Below, one piece after another: positions 39,921 through 51,404 of a DNA stretch of 64,000 nt. The notes beneath the pieces are model-generated. The model was not told where the DNA came from. It saw nothing but the letters and a program-made list of their open reading frames with translations, and did not search any database. A program made the position numbers and the translations under genes. How positions within the stretch are numbered: the first letter of the stretch is position 1; every line of letters begins with the position of its first letter. The DNA comes from Octopus bimaculoides (Eukaryota), in contig NC_068990.1 in NCBI RefSeq assembly GCF_001194135.2, positions 17,543,825 through 17,607,824 on the forward strand, given 5' to 3'.

Positions 39921-42308
39921 ATAGCTACAAATAAATCAAATCAAGAAAATTATGGCAAGTCCACTAAGAGGGTTACATTTGCCAAAGACACGAAACTCCC
40001 TGAACTGTCACCTGCAATTGGCTGTGAAAAAGTCACTGAATATACTGAAAAGCCCCAAAACATTGGAGTGAAATTAGAACCGTACACTAAAATACAACCA
40101 GCGTCAAGCCCTGCTAAAACCAAGCTCACCAAAAACAAAGAACCAGTCAGTATCAAACCTGGAAAAACGTCAAAGAATACTTCAGAAGATCAGCCAACAT
40201 CATTACAGAATTGGCTTTGCACTAGTCAGTCTTTAAAGGTTCCTTCTGTTCCTCTTCTCATGGAGCCTCATGTAACTTCAATTGTTGCTCAAGACTCTCT
40301 TACAAATGACAGTTTGTCTGCTGAACAAAGCCATCCTTCAGACAGACCAGTGCAAAGTAACTTATTTGTTGAAGAAACTCAGTCCCCAATCAAGATGTGC
40401 TCTGACCGTCAGTCTACAGGTGAATCTGTCTTGGAAACACCTGTCAAAACTTTGACAAGAGAAGTTAACACTAGCGTCAATATCAGGCGATTGTCCTTTG
40501 ATCTTGCAGAGAACGCTGATTCTAACAGTGCCATTAGCTCTTCTGGTGGTTTTGAATTGAAAGAGGCAAGTGAGGTTGAACTTGCCATGAAGGAGGAGCA
40601 ATTGGAAGTAATTCCTAAGCAAAATAATTCCAAAGATATTTCAAATAAAAAGACTTCTGGAAAGGATATTTGCCAAAGTAAATTATTTCTACCAAGCGAA
40701 AATGAGAGTATTCCTGACTCTGAAAGTGTGATACCTAATCAAAATATGGCTGCTATATCACAGAAACGAAAATTAGATTCAGATGAGAGAATATCAGAAA
40801 TTAAAAAACCAAATTTGGAAGAAAATAATTCTGTTAATATTCAGAATGATAATCAGCATGTTGCTTGTGACAAGGACAAAATAACTGATCACCATGGTGG
40901 TACTATTAGTCCTTTCAAACAGCTTCACAAATCAGATGTTTTACCAGTGTCTAAACCTATTATAGGATCTCGTAAAAGGAAACCTTTGAAGGTTACTAAA
41001 ATTGTCCAAAATACTGATCGTCGAATATCACCTGTTAGGACACGCTCATGCGTAAAGACTCTTCGTGCACGGAAAAAAGCGACTCAAAACTCAGAAAATC
41101 CTGCAAATAAATCCACTTCCAGAAAGAAAATTGGAAAAGAAATCAAAGCTCGAAAAGCTCTGAATGTGTCTGAAAAAAACAAGAACCCGACACACAGACG
41201 AAATAATAATGTAAAGAAATTAACATCTGTTGAGAAAAATGCAAAAGACAGCATGAAAATTTCTAAAACTCAAGATAAAACCTATTGTGAAACTATTACT
41301 GCTGTGGTCAATGGTGATTCCATTAATAGTTGTCCTTTTGGAGAAACTGAAAGGTTCTCTTGTGAGCAGGAAATGACAAATGTTGTTGAGCAGGAAAAGA
41401 ATGTTGTATCAGATGTGGTTGAAGAGGAGGTTGAATCAGTTAAATCAGATGTTGTTGAGCCTGAATCTGAGCATAAAAGAGACAGCTTTGACTCAGATTT
41501 AAGTGATGAAGTTGAATTAAATTTAGCTGGGCTGAAAGAAGAGAGAGAGGAGTTGGATTTAGTTCAAGAAGAAAAGAGAAAGATCAAACAAGAAAACCAG
41601 GAAGTTGAGCCAGATTTGACTGAGGAAGAGGAAATAAAAATAGACAATGTTGTGGAGGATGCACAGTCAGTAACAGTGAAGTCTAATGCTTCAGAAATCA
41701 CGATGGCTGAAGGTTCAAGCCTAGCAGTAATGTCTGAAAAGTTTGAGGGAGATGATGATAGTTGTGGGGATCTGAAGCTGGATTCAGAAAATGAGACGCA
41801 AAGTGATGCCAGTCCATCAATGACTGTTTGTGAAACTGAGAGCTCAGTGCTGCAGCCAGCAGCTATTGTGGATTCTGAAGTAAATGAGAACTTTGTGGAC
41901 CAAGAATCAGAGAATAAACCTGTTTTATCCAAAGTTGATACACCAAAGAAATCACTTCGGTTGCGTTCTGGTAATCGAGGATTTCCGTCCAAGTTCTCTG
42001 ATAGTTTTGTTTATGGTATTAAGGTTTCAAACTGTTCTATGTCTGCTGCCAAAAAAAGTGCAACTCCAAAGTCTGTGATGAAAACTTCTCCAATTCATGG
42101 GAACACAACTGTTGAGGGTGATGACTACACCACTGCTACAACAGACATTTTTTCCTCTGAAAAGCAGTTCTTATCCTCCTCACTCTGTGATACCCCTGAA
42201 AGTTGTCCTTCTGCTACCTGTTCCCCTTCATCTGTTTATTCACCAACAACTGGTATTCTAAAGAAGAGACTACAGAATAATGGTGAAACACCATCACCAC
42301 CAAATAAG
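39921..42308 (+). CDS. RIF1: RIF1 coding exon 27, 2,388-nt disordered-region exon ending YSPTTGILKKRLQNNGETPSPPNK
   Basis: TTTTCAG acceptor, GTAAGT donor 42309; 796 codons, S/E/K-rich; GILK PP1 motif 42252-42263. Confidence 0.95.
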
Positions 42309-42580
42309 GTAAGTTTACTTACAGATTGATTTTTTGCTACGTAAAAACCACACAAAGTCCACTCTGCTGAGTGGTTGGTGTTAGGAAGGACATACAGCTG
42401 TAAAAACAATCCTGCCAAAACAATCACTGAAGTCTGGTGCAGGCTTCTACCTGGCTGGTTCTTGTGAAACCATCCCACACATGCTAGCATGGAAGTCAGA
42501 TATTAAACAATGATGATGATGAATAAATTGCTTGAATTCTGCTTTTGCTCATTGTAATATTATCATTAGAATTTCTGTAA

Positions 42581-42798
42581 TCCTTTTGATACCAACTCAC
42601 TTAAACCCACCCTTAGTTCTATGATGTAAACTTCTTGTTTTTAACTTGATCTAAATTTAAAGCATTTCATCAGAATTCCGTGTTAATTGATGTTCTAGAC
42701 ATCAATTTAATAATGGCCAAGTTATTTTATTAGATACTTTGTTACTTTCAAAGTTGGCTGAAACAAAAGACTATTTCAACAGAAATATAACAAAAGGG
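42581..42798. mobile_element. piggyBac-like MITE, family A, reverse orientation
   Basis: TAA|TCCTTTTGATACCAAC...AACAAAAGGG|TTAA. Confidence 0.68.
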
Positions 42799-43456
42799 TT
42801 AATAAACACCAGTGAAGAAAAATACAATTGATTATAGGTACAAAACTAAAAACTCAAAAATAACAATTTCATTTGTCTGTAGTTTCAACTCTTGGTTCCT
42901 TGTTGGAAATAAGTCTTAGTGGCAACACCTGGTTGCCACACATTAGTTTTTTTTATTTTTATTTTTTTTTTTACCTGAAGAATTATTTTCAACTATTGTT
43001 GATACAAAACTGAATTCTCCAGTGATAAAGGCACAGGCATGGCTTATATGGTTAAATTAGCAACACAACCACATTTTAGGTTTGGCCCCATTGCATGGGG
43101 CCATGGGCAAGAGCCTTTTGCTAGAAGCCTGGGCTGGCCAAATCCTTGTGATGGAAACTGAAAAGAACTGTCATAAACGAGTTCAGATGTAAGCAAACAC
43201 ACACATGACAATCAGAAAATTTAAGCAGGCTTGTTCTTGGCATCTCCTCAGTCAATACTCAATGCTTTCGAAGCTGAAGAGGATAAGAGATCCTTACTTA
43301 AAAAACGAAGCCATTGGGCTATTAAACAGTGCCTCAACAACCTATCCATCTAACCCATGCTAGTGTAGGAAAATGGTTGTAAAATTAATATCAAGTCTTT
43401 AGTTATTAAAGTAGGTTAATTATAATTATTAATATGCAAATGTCTTTATGTTGCAG

Positions 43457-43585
43457 CAACGGAGAGTGTCGTTTGCTGATCCAATATTTGAAGAGAAAAC
43501 TTTACCATCCCCCATGTCACAAAAGAGGCGGCTCACACCTTGCAGTTCCAGATCATCACGCCGTAGTCTTCTTTCCAATTACAAG
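43457..43585 (+). CDS. RIF1: RIF1 coding exon 28 (QRRVSFADPIFEEK...SNYK), RVxF PP1 motif
   Basis: TTGCAG acceptor, GTTTGT donor; RRVSFADPI as in human. Confidence 0.95.
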
Positions 43586-44213
43586 GTTTGTCTTTTCTTT
43601 TCTTCTCATTTATTTACTCATTTCAGTCATTGTCCTACAACCTGAGCAGGATTTGAATCCTATATGTAATGGATATTGCCAAATACTGCAAGTTATTTGG
43701 TCTGTTTTTGTAAAGTATTAAAGTCCAGTAGTAGCATTTCTGCTCTTCCTGCAGCAAGTAATGATTTTTCTCTCAACAGTAGAAACAGCCAATTTGTGTG
43801 TGAAGGTATATTTTGATTGAAGTAACTTCAGTTTTTGGCCAGTATTTTTCTTCAACCTGAAGCAGTGTTAGTCAGCCATTTTTGTCTCATACTCCTACTT
43901 AAATTTTTAAAAAAAAAAAGCTCCTCGCTCTTTCATGGGTCTTGTCTTGTAAGTTACTTGGTGACCTCAATGGTGCTGGTGCTACCAAGAAAGAAAAAAA
44001 AAGAAAAGGACCCATTTTACTCTGTAGAGTGGTTAGTATTAAGAAGGGCACCCAGCTGTAAAAACCCTTCCAGAACAGATATTAGAAACTAATGCAGCCT
44101 TCAGGCTAATTGGATCTTGTCAAACCATCCAACCTGTGTGCCATGATGGAATATGGACATTAAAATGATGATGACGTGTATGTATGTATGTATATATATA
44201 TACATATATATAC

Positions 44214-44256
<43 letters not shown>

Positions 44257-45025
44257 AATTTTTAATTAAAACTTTGTTGCAAGTTTTAGTCATCTGTTAC
44301 TTGCACCCCATTCTGAAGTAACTCAAAACCTCGACTTAAGAAACCCTGGAGGGGTGGAAAGTAATGTTATCTCAAAACCCGATTTTAATTTGGAACATAA
44401 AAGAGCAGAACTAAATATTGACAGCATTTGGTCATATGTCATCGTTCCTCCTTTGTGCTGCTTCATCATCATCACAGTTTTAACATTCACTTTTCCATGC
44501 TTGTCACCAATGCACATCTGTTTCCATGCAAGCCATTAATACCCAAGTGTATCAAACACCAAATAGCCACTTGATTGCTCTTTGCACCTGGCTTTCAGTG
44601 CATGCAAACATGGCTTTATGATTAAGAAGTTTATTTTATCTTCATGTGGCTCCATGTTCAATCCCACTGTGACTCAATCTAAAACTTTGCAAAATTCGTT
44701 AGATGAATAATATGGGGGTTGGAAGCATTGGTTGGATTGTGCTTGTTTTTACACCCCTACTTGGCTTTTGGAGGTCTACCTCAGCTTCATGCATTCACAC
44801 CAGGCCTGATTCACAACCTTGCAATCTCAGTCTATTTCTCCAGTTCCCTTCATTAGCCTTGGAGGTCTTGTAAAATGGTCATAGGTGCTGCCTTTCTTCA
44901 GCTACCTCCCCCTCCTTGAAGCCATCCACTCACATTACATCTCCACATGCAGTACTTCGTTTTATTCAGTTTGTCATCATTTCTGTAATTTCTTATGTAA
45001 CTCAAATGTTTTTCTTTTTATATAG

Positions 45026-45204
45026 AAAAGAGATTCTATATCTAACAGTATCTCTGGCAGCAGTAACAGCCCTGGTAGTTCTCAGAGTAGCTACAGCAGC
45101 ACCCAAGAATCTCAACTCAGTAGCACTGGACCAGTATTTGCAGAGCTTGTTTCATGTCAGGAACCCATCAGCCTGATTCTTCCACAGCTTACTTCCTCCA
45201 TGTG
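45026..45204 (+). CDS. RIF1: RIF1 coding exon 29 (KRDSISNS...PVFAELVSCQEPISLILPQLTSSM)
   Basis: TATAG acceptor, GTAAGT donor; matches human VYPPLVNCVAPVDIILPQITSNMW. Confidence 0.94.
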
Positions 45205-45954
45205 GTAAGTTGCTTCCTGAAAAGTTTTCCAGTTTATTGAATACATCAACGATGTGTATAACATAATATATATATAGACTCTATTCTATCTTCTTAGTAT
45301 TGTGGTATTAACTGCTTTCAGTTTTCCTTTTTGACAGAAGACACTACCATGCTGCTGGGTTAACACATACAAGCAGGATAACTGGACCCTTGTGTCCTTA
45401 ATCTCCCTAATCTAGACAAGCTTGCAAACATCATGACCCTTTGTGTGTTTAGATTTATCAATTGGTATGTTTGTATTGTAATCTATCTTCAGGCTAACCA
45501 ACACCTTGAAATTGGATTTCGTATGCAGAGAAGCCTGTTGTGTGTGTTTCCTTGTACTGTTGTACAAGAAGTGTCATTCAGTTCCAGTTGTCTGTGAAAA
45601 CCTGTTTGGTTACGGAGAAATATTTTGCTTGGAAACAAGTTAGAATAGGTAACAAGAAGATCATCTGGCTGTAGAAAAGATGTAACCAATACAAGTACAG
45701 AAAAGAGGACATTAAAATGATGCTGATGATAGACATAACTCGCTCATACACACACATATGTATGTATGTACAAACATGGAATGACACTAGTTTTAGCATT
45801 TTGTCTTGAAACTTTCTCAAGGGACTTCTTTTTTTAAACACAGAGCTCTCTGAGAATGTTGGTGGTAGATCATGAATGTTTCAATATCATTTTGTCTCCT
45901 TGGTTTTAAATACTCTTGAGCATTCTGAGCTAAGCCAAAAAAGTATGTTCCATC

Positions 45955-46520
45955 ATCATTTAATGTCTGTTTTCCGTGCTGGCATGGGTTGGACAGTTTT
46001 GATTGAAAACTGGTAAGCTGCACCAGGTTCCGATCTCATTTGGCAAGGTTTCTACAACTGGATGCCCTTCCTAATGCCAACCATTCCGAGAGTGTAATGG
46101 GTATTTTTTACATGCCATTGACCTGACACCAGCATCAGCCACAACTAGTCTCACTTGGCTTAACAGGTCCACGCAATCAGTATATTACCAAAGGTCTCGG
46201 TCACTTGTCACTGCCTCTATGAGGCCCAATGCTCAAATGGTGCTTTTTATATGCAACCAACATAGGTGCGAGTCAGATGGCACTGGCATTGGCCACGACT
46301 AGGATTTCACTCGGCTCAACAGGTCTTTACAAGCACACCATATCACCCAGCATTTGAAGGGTGCTTTTTACATACCAGTTATGTGACACTGGCATTGGCA
46401 ACACCTACAATTTCATTTGGTTTGACAGGTCTTCTCTAGCACAGCATATTTCCAAAGGTCTCAGTCACTTGTCATTACTGCCACAAGGCCCAACATTCAA
46501 AGATTGTGCTTCACCACTTC
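45955..46520 (-). mobile_element. SINE copy followed by degenerate tandem units
   Basis: CATCATCATTTAATGTCTGTTTTCCGTGCTGGCATGGGTTGGAC...GGATGCCCTTCCTAATGCCAACC, then repeated GGTGCTTTTT/GGCACTGGCATTGG units. Confidence 0.7.
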
Positions 46521-47584
46521 GTCCCATGACTTCCTGGGTCTACCTCATCCACAGGTTCCCTCCACCGTTAGTGTGACACTTCTTCACACAGCTGTCCTCA
46601 ACCATACCAGTGCAGTCTCTTTTGCACACCACATCTCATCTCTCTTATGCCCAACTTTTCTCTCGAGACACTCACACTGTCATACATACACATCCAGCAA
46701 AACATACTGGTTCCATTTCTTACAAGCCTATGCATGTCCTCAGCAGTCACAGCATATCTTTCACTGCCATATAGCATGGCTGTTCACTCACAAGCATTAT
46801 AGTCTGCTTTTCACCCTGATCAAGAGGCCCTTTGCTACTATCACAAGTAGGAGACCTCTGAATTTTGTCCAGCCTATTCTTATTTCAATATAGAAATCAG
46901 AAAACAAAGCATTTTGTGATTTATATGAAAGCTAGCCCGGTTAGTATTACTTTGTGCACCTAAGAACAGTTGATTAAAAGACTAGTGTGTATCATCAAGT
47001 AACGTATACAAACATGTCTGGCTGTAATATTTTGTTTCAGTCTTCTGTGTTAAAATGCACAGGGCTTGCTCAATGCCATTGACAGATCACCAGACCTATT
47101 TGCAACAACCACTCATATTGCTGTCTACAACCACCTGCCAGTTTTCCCTCCAACTCAAGGCGAAACATTATCTATATGAAGACACTCTTACCACCTGCCT
47201 ATTGACTGTGTAGGATTTTCTGCTGCACTTTGTATTACTAACTTTTGATGAATTCCAACTTTGTAGCTGCAGACTGGTTGTGTGCTTAAAATGTTTGCTT
47301 CTCAACCATATGGTTTCAGGTTTTTGTTAATTTGTTTCCATGATAATGAATTCTTTCTATGGGCACAGGGCATGAATTTTTTTGGTGGGGGTGGTTGTTA
47401 GTAGAGTTTATCATAGAGGATATTTAAGTTCCTGTATAGTGGGACCTTGGATGTCCTCTACTGCAATCTTGGGCCAACTAAAGCCTTGGGAATGGATTTT
47501 GGGGATGGAAATGAAAAGAAACTTGTGCTTACATGAGTGTNNNNNNNNNNATGAAAAGAAACTTGTGCTTACATGAGTGTGTGT

Positions 47585-47623
<39 letters not shown>

Positions 47624-47855
47624 TGTCACCTTGCTTTGACATCATGGGATAATTATAAATACCCTCATACAAGTGGAGTTCCTCATTTCCAATCTTCCGT
47701 GAAAACTTTTCTGACCATGGGGCAATATGACCTTGCTTGGGAATAGGTGAGGGTTAGTGACAAGTATGTCGTAGTAAACCTGCCTTAATGAATTCATCTA
47801 ACCCATGCAAGCTTGAGAAAATGGATGTTAAAATAATGTTGGTGATACATACATT

Positions 47856-47861
<6 letters not shown>

Positions 47862-47926
<65 letters not shown>
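47862..47926. repeat. (TA)n microsatellite just upstream of the CII exon acceptor
   Basis: About 32 TA units. Other microsatellites: (CA)n about 34852-34895, (TA)/(TACA) about 44180-44250, (TC)n about 17512-17537, (TA)n about 51918-51950. Confidence 0.95.
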
Positions 47927-47929
<3 letters not shown>

Positions 47930-47958
47930 AATGTTTTATTTTATTTTTTTCTCATTAG

Positions 47959-48317
47959 GTTTCGTGGTCTCAGTCAACTTCTCAAAGCAAGAAAACTCCA
48001 TACTGTTGGTGATTTAGCTTCACTTTCTGAATATGATATCCATAATTTACCTGTGAGATCTCCTAAAGTACCTCATGTGAAGAAAATACTGGCTAACTTT
48101 AAGAAACAGCTCGATGCCAAAAAGGACAAGACTTCTTGTAGTCTCTTGAATACATCTGCTGGTGAAATAATGGCTGCTGCAATGGCAGCTGCCTCCACTA
48201 ATGTTGTCTCAGACTTGAAGAATGATCCACCAACAGGAAATTGCAATTCAGTTGATGGCAAGAATGTCCCAAGCAATGAAATGAAATCATTGGAACTTGA
48301 GAATCCAGTTGTCCAAG
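47959..48317 (+). CDS. RIF1: RIF1 coding exon 30, CII core (FRGLSQLLKARKLHTVGDLASL...RSPKVPHVKK...VVQ)
   Basis: CATTAG acceptor, GTAAGG donor 48318; matches human ARGLGQLIRAKNIKTIGDLSTL...IRSPKVSNVKK. Confidence 0.96.
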
Positions 48318-49384
48318 GTAAGGTTACATAAATATTCAAAAACTTTGTTTACAAGCTGTTATCAGTTGTAATGCAACCTCTGCCGTTTGTACCTAAAATG
48401 ATTATGTTGCTTTGCTCTGCTGTAATCTCTCCTTCAACTCTCAGCATCTAGCTGTAATTACTGCAGAATGGTACATCTAAACTGCAGGAGACAATGTAAA
48501 GTATGTGTTATTACCTTGTACATTTCGAAAGTGACAGTCTACAATACACAAACAGTCTTCAAGTTTTGCCTTGACAATTCATTATAAGTAAATGTATTTT
48601 CTACATACTCAGGCATGGCCTTGCAGTTAAGAATTTCGTTTCCTAGCACGTTTTCAAGTTCAGTCCCATTGCATGGCACCTTAGACAGTTGTCTTCCATA
48701 GTTCTGGGCCTTGTATGTGTTAATTGAGGACAGAAACTGAAAGCAGTATCATTATACCAGTGGTCGTTTCCAGCCGTCTGTGAAATGGTCTGGCCAAGGG
48801 AGAATAATACTTTAGTTGGGAAAAGGGGTTGGTGACAGGAAGAGCATCAAGCTGTAGAACATCAACCTCTACACATTATCTGACCATACAGGTATGAAAA
48901 AATAGATGTTAAATTATGATGCTGATGAGATATGTTTCCATACAAACATCATCATCAAACAGTCTCCTTTATTTCTAATCTTCTATTTTTACATGTCTTG
49001 TGATGTGACACATTATCCAACTGAGAAACGAGTCAAAGTTCATCACGGAAAAGACATCTGGCCTTAGAAAATCTGCCTCAAAAAATTCAAGCTAACCCAT
49101 ACAAACATGGGAAAGTGGACATTAAAACAGCAATAATGATGGTATAATACCAACAATATATTTCTACTGTAACTATCATCAGCAGACAATGTAAATAGAC
49201 TTCTTCATTGCACTGTGACAATGAAGTCTTGGTGTGTTGTTGGATGTATATTCAATTGGTTAACATAATAGTGTTGATTTAGTGAAGCTTAGGATATCTT
49301 TTAGTGATGTTTAGTTTCTAATGTCTCATAATATAGTAAACACATTGAAGTGTCACTCATGTATTGTATTTTCTTTTTCTTTAG

Positions 49385-49468
49385 CTCTCTCCTCTGATGC
49401 AGAAGAGAAGACCATAGCTACTCCAGCTGCACAAACCATTGTAGATAGGGAATCTTCTTTGCATGAAA
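49385..49468 (+). CDS. RIF1: RIF1 coding exon 31 (LSSDAEEKTIATPAAQTIVDRESSLHE), 84 nt, phase 1 to 1
   Basis: Strong polypyrimidine TTTTTAG acceptor, GTAAGT donor 49469, frame fits both neighbours. Confidence 0.8.
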
Positions 49469-49574
49469 GTAAGTAATGTTTTGTGTTTGTCTGTGTGTCT
49501 CTGTTCTATGAATGTTTCTTTGATATATTGGTTTGCACTAACACCTGAATTCTGTTTTCTTTATTTTAAATCAG

Positions 49575-49844
49575 CCACATCCACTGAGGCAGAAAAGAAA
49601 GCCACAGCTCCATCTGCTGAGGCACAAGAGAAAACCACAGAGCTATCTGCTGGGGCACAAGAGAAAACCACAGAGCCATCTGCTGGGACACAAGAGAAAA
49701 CCACAGAGCCATCTGCTGGGGCACAAGAGAAAACCACAGAGCCATCTGCTGGGGCACAAGATAAAACCACAGCTCCATCTACTGGTGCACAAGAGAAAAC
49801 CACAGAGCCATCTGCTGGGGCACAAGAGAAAACCACAGAGCCAT
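49575..49844 (+). CDS. RIF1: RIF1 coding exon 32 (partial), 11-aa tandem-repeat exon running into gap 49845-50780
   Basis: AAATCAG acceptor in phase 1; open frame TSTEAEKKATAP(SAGAQEKTTEP)n. The 3' end is not visible. Confidence 0.72.
49580..49844 (+). repeat. Coding minisatellite, 33-bp unit TCTGCTGGGGCACAAGAGAAAACCACAGAGCCA, 8 visible copies (first degenerate)
   Basis: Units start at 49580, 49613, 49646, 49679, 49712, 49745, 49778 and 49811; array truncated by N gap. Confidence 0.97.
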
Positions 49845-50780
49845 NNNNNNNNNNNNNNNNNNNNNNNNNNNNNNNNNNNNNNNNNNNNNNNNNNNNNNNN
49901 NNNNNNNNNNNNNNNNNNNNNNNNNNNNNNNNNNNNNNNNNNNNNNNNNNNNNNNNNNNNNNNNNNNNNNNNNNNNNNNNNNNNNNNNNNNNNNNNNNNN
50001 NNNNNNNNNNNNNNNNNNNNNNNNNNNNNNNNNNNNNNNNNNNNNNNNNNNNNNNNNNNNNNNNNNNNNNNNNNNNNNNNNNNNNNNNNNNNNNNNNNNN
50101 NNNNNNNNNNNNNNNNNNNNNNNNNNNNNNNNNNNNNNNNNNNNNNNNNNNNNNNNNNNNNNNNNNNNNNNNNNNNNNNNNNNNNNNNNNNNNNNNNNNN
50201 NNNNNNNNNNNNNNNNNNNNNNNNNNNNNNNNNNNNNNNNNNNNNNNNNNNNNNNNNNNNNNNNNNNNNNNNNNNNNNNNNNNNNNNNNNNNNNNNNNNN
50301 NNNNNNNNNNNNNNNNNNNNNNNNNNNNNNNNNNNNNNNNNNNNNNNNNNNNNNNNNNNNNNNNNNNNNNNNNNNNNNNNNNNNNNNNNNNNNNNNNNNN
50401 NNNNNNNNNNNNNNNNNNNNNNNNNNNNNNNNNNNNNNNNNNNNNNNNNNNNNNNNNNNNNNNNNNNNNNNNNNNNNNNNNNNNNNNNNNNNNNNNNNNN
50501 NNNNNNNNNNNNNNNNNNNNNNNNNNNNNNNNNNNNNNNNNNNNNNNNNNNNNNNNNNNNNNNNNNNNNNNNNNNNNNNNNNNNNNNNNNNNNNNNNNNN
50601 NNNNNNNNNNNNNNNNNNNNNNNNNNNNNNNNNNNNNNNNNNNNNNNNNNNNNNNNNNNNNNNNNNNNNNNNNNNNNNNNNNNNNNNNNNNNNNNNNNNN
50701 NNNNNNNNNNNNNNNNNNNNNNNNNNNNNNNNNNNNNNNNNNNNNNNNNNNNNNNNNNNNNNNNNNNNNNNNNNNNNNNN
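49845..50780. other. Assembly gap (936 N) inside RIF1
   Basis: N run. Other gaps: 5820-5908, 16832-17306, 47541-47550, 51362-51371, 51951-52237, 60459-60945. Confidence 0.99.
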
Positions 50781-50821
50781 ATTTCTAAGTCTCTCTAAAG
50801 GAGACTACGGCAGCGGTACTG

Positions 50822-51310
50822 GATATTAATAGTTATTGCCAAGCTAACATGGCTGTCCAGAAAAGTAGGACGAATGCTGCCGTTGATTAGCTCCAAGAAG
50901 CCATTGCTTCTAGCTAGCTATGTGACACACGAACCTGTGTCCATTATAACCGTTGAACAGGGGAGGTCAGCCGCTTAGAGAGACTTAGAAATATTAATAT
51001 TTCTATTTTTGAAAACCAGTGGATGTATTCCACTGAATTTAGGTAAATAATCCTTTGAACAGACGGTCAGTAGCGACGCCTGCTCGGTTTGGCTGCTCTA
51101 CATTGATAAAGGGCAAATACCCTGAAACTAGTGTATAGATGCCAGACCAGCAAGGGGAAGCGGCTGACCTCCCCTGTTCGAAGGTTATAATGGACACAGG
51201 TTCATGTGTCATAGCTAGCTAGCGGCGATGGCCTCTTGGAGCTGATCAACGGCAGCATTCGTCCAATTTTTCTGGGCAACCATATTAGCTTGGCGATAAC
51301 TATTAATATC
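50822..51310. repeat. Long inverted repeat (foldback): arms 50822-50975 and 51159-51310
   Basis: Reverse complement of the right arm aligns along the whole left arm with scattered mismatches; 183-bp spacer. Confidence 0.93.
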
Positions 51311-51404
51311 TCAAGAAGCAATTAACTATATTAATTTTTAGGGATTTGGGAATTGAAAATTNNNNNNNNNNTATGTATATAATTATTTTTAAATTTTTTA
51401 ATAG

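Noticed and set aside
40362-41992. Minus-strand ORFs of 74-142 aa
   Set aside because: Antisense shadows of the large RIF1 exon.
47511-47580. 30-bp direct repeat either side of a 10-N gap
   Set aside because: Identical sequence flanking a placeholder gap is the usual sign of an unmerged contig overlap, not a real duplication.
49561-49836. Repetitive ORFs in other frames (VVFSCAPADGS, LWFSLVPQQMA, WLCGFLLCPSR)
   Set aside because: Alternative readings of the 33-bp repeat; only the + frame fits the RIF1 splice phase.
49580-49844. Regularly spaced repeat as a possible CRISPR-like array
   Set aside because: Units are contiguous with no unique spacers, the context is eukaryotic, and the array is in frame with RIF1.
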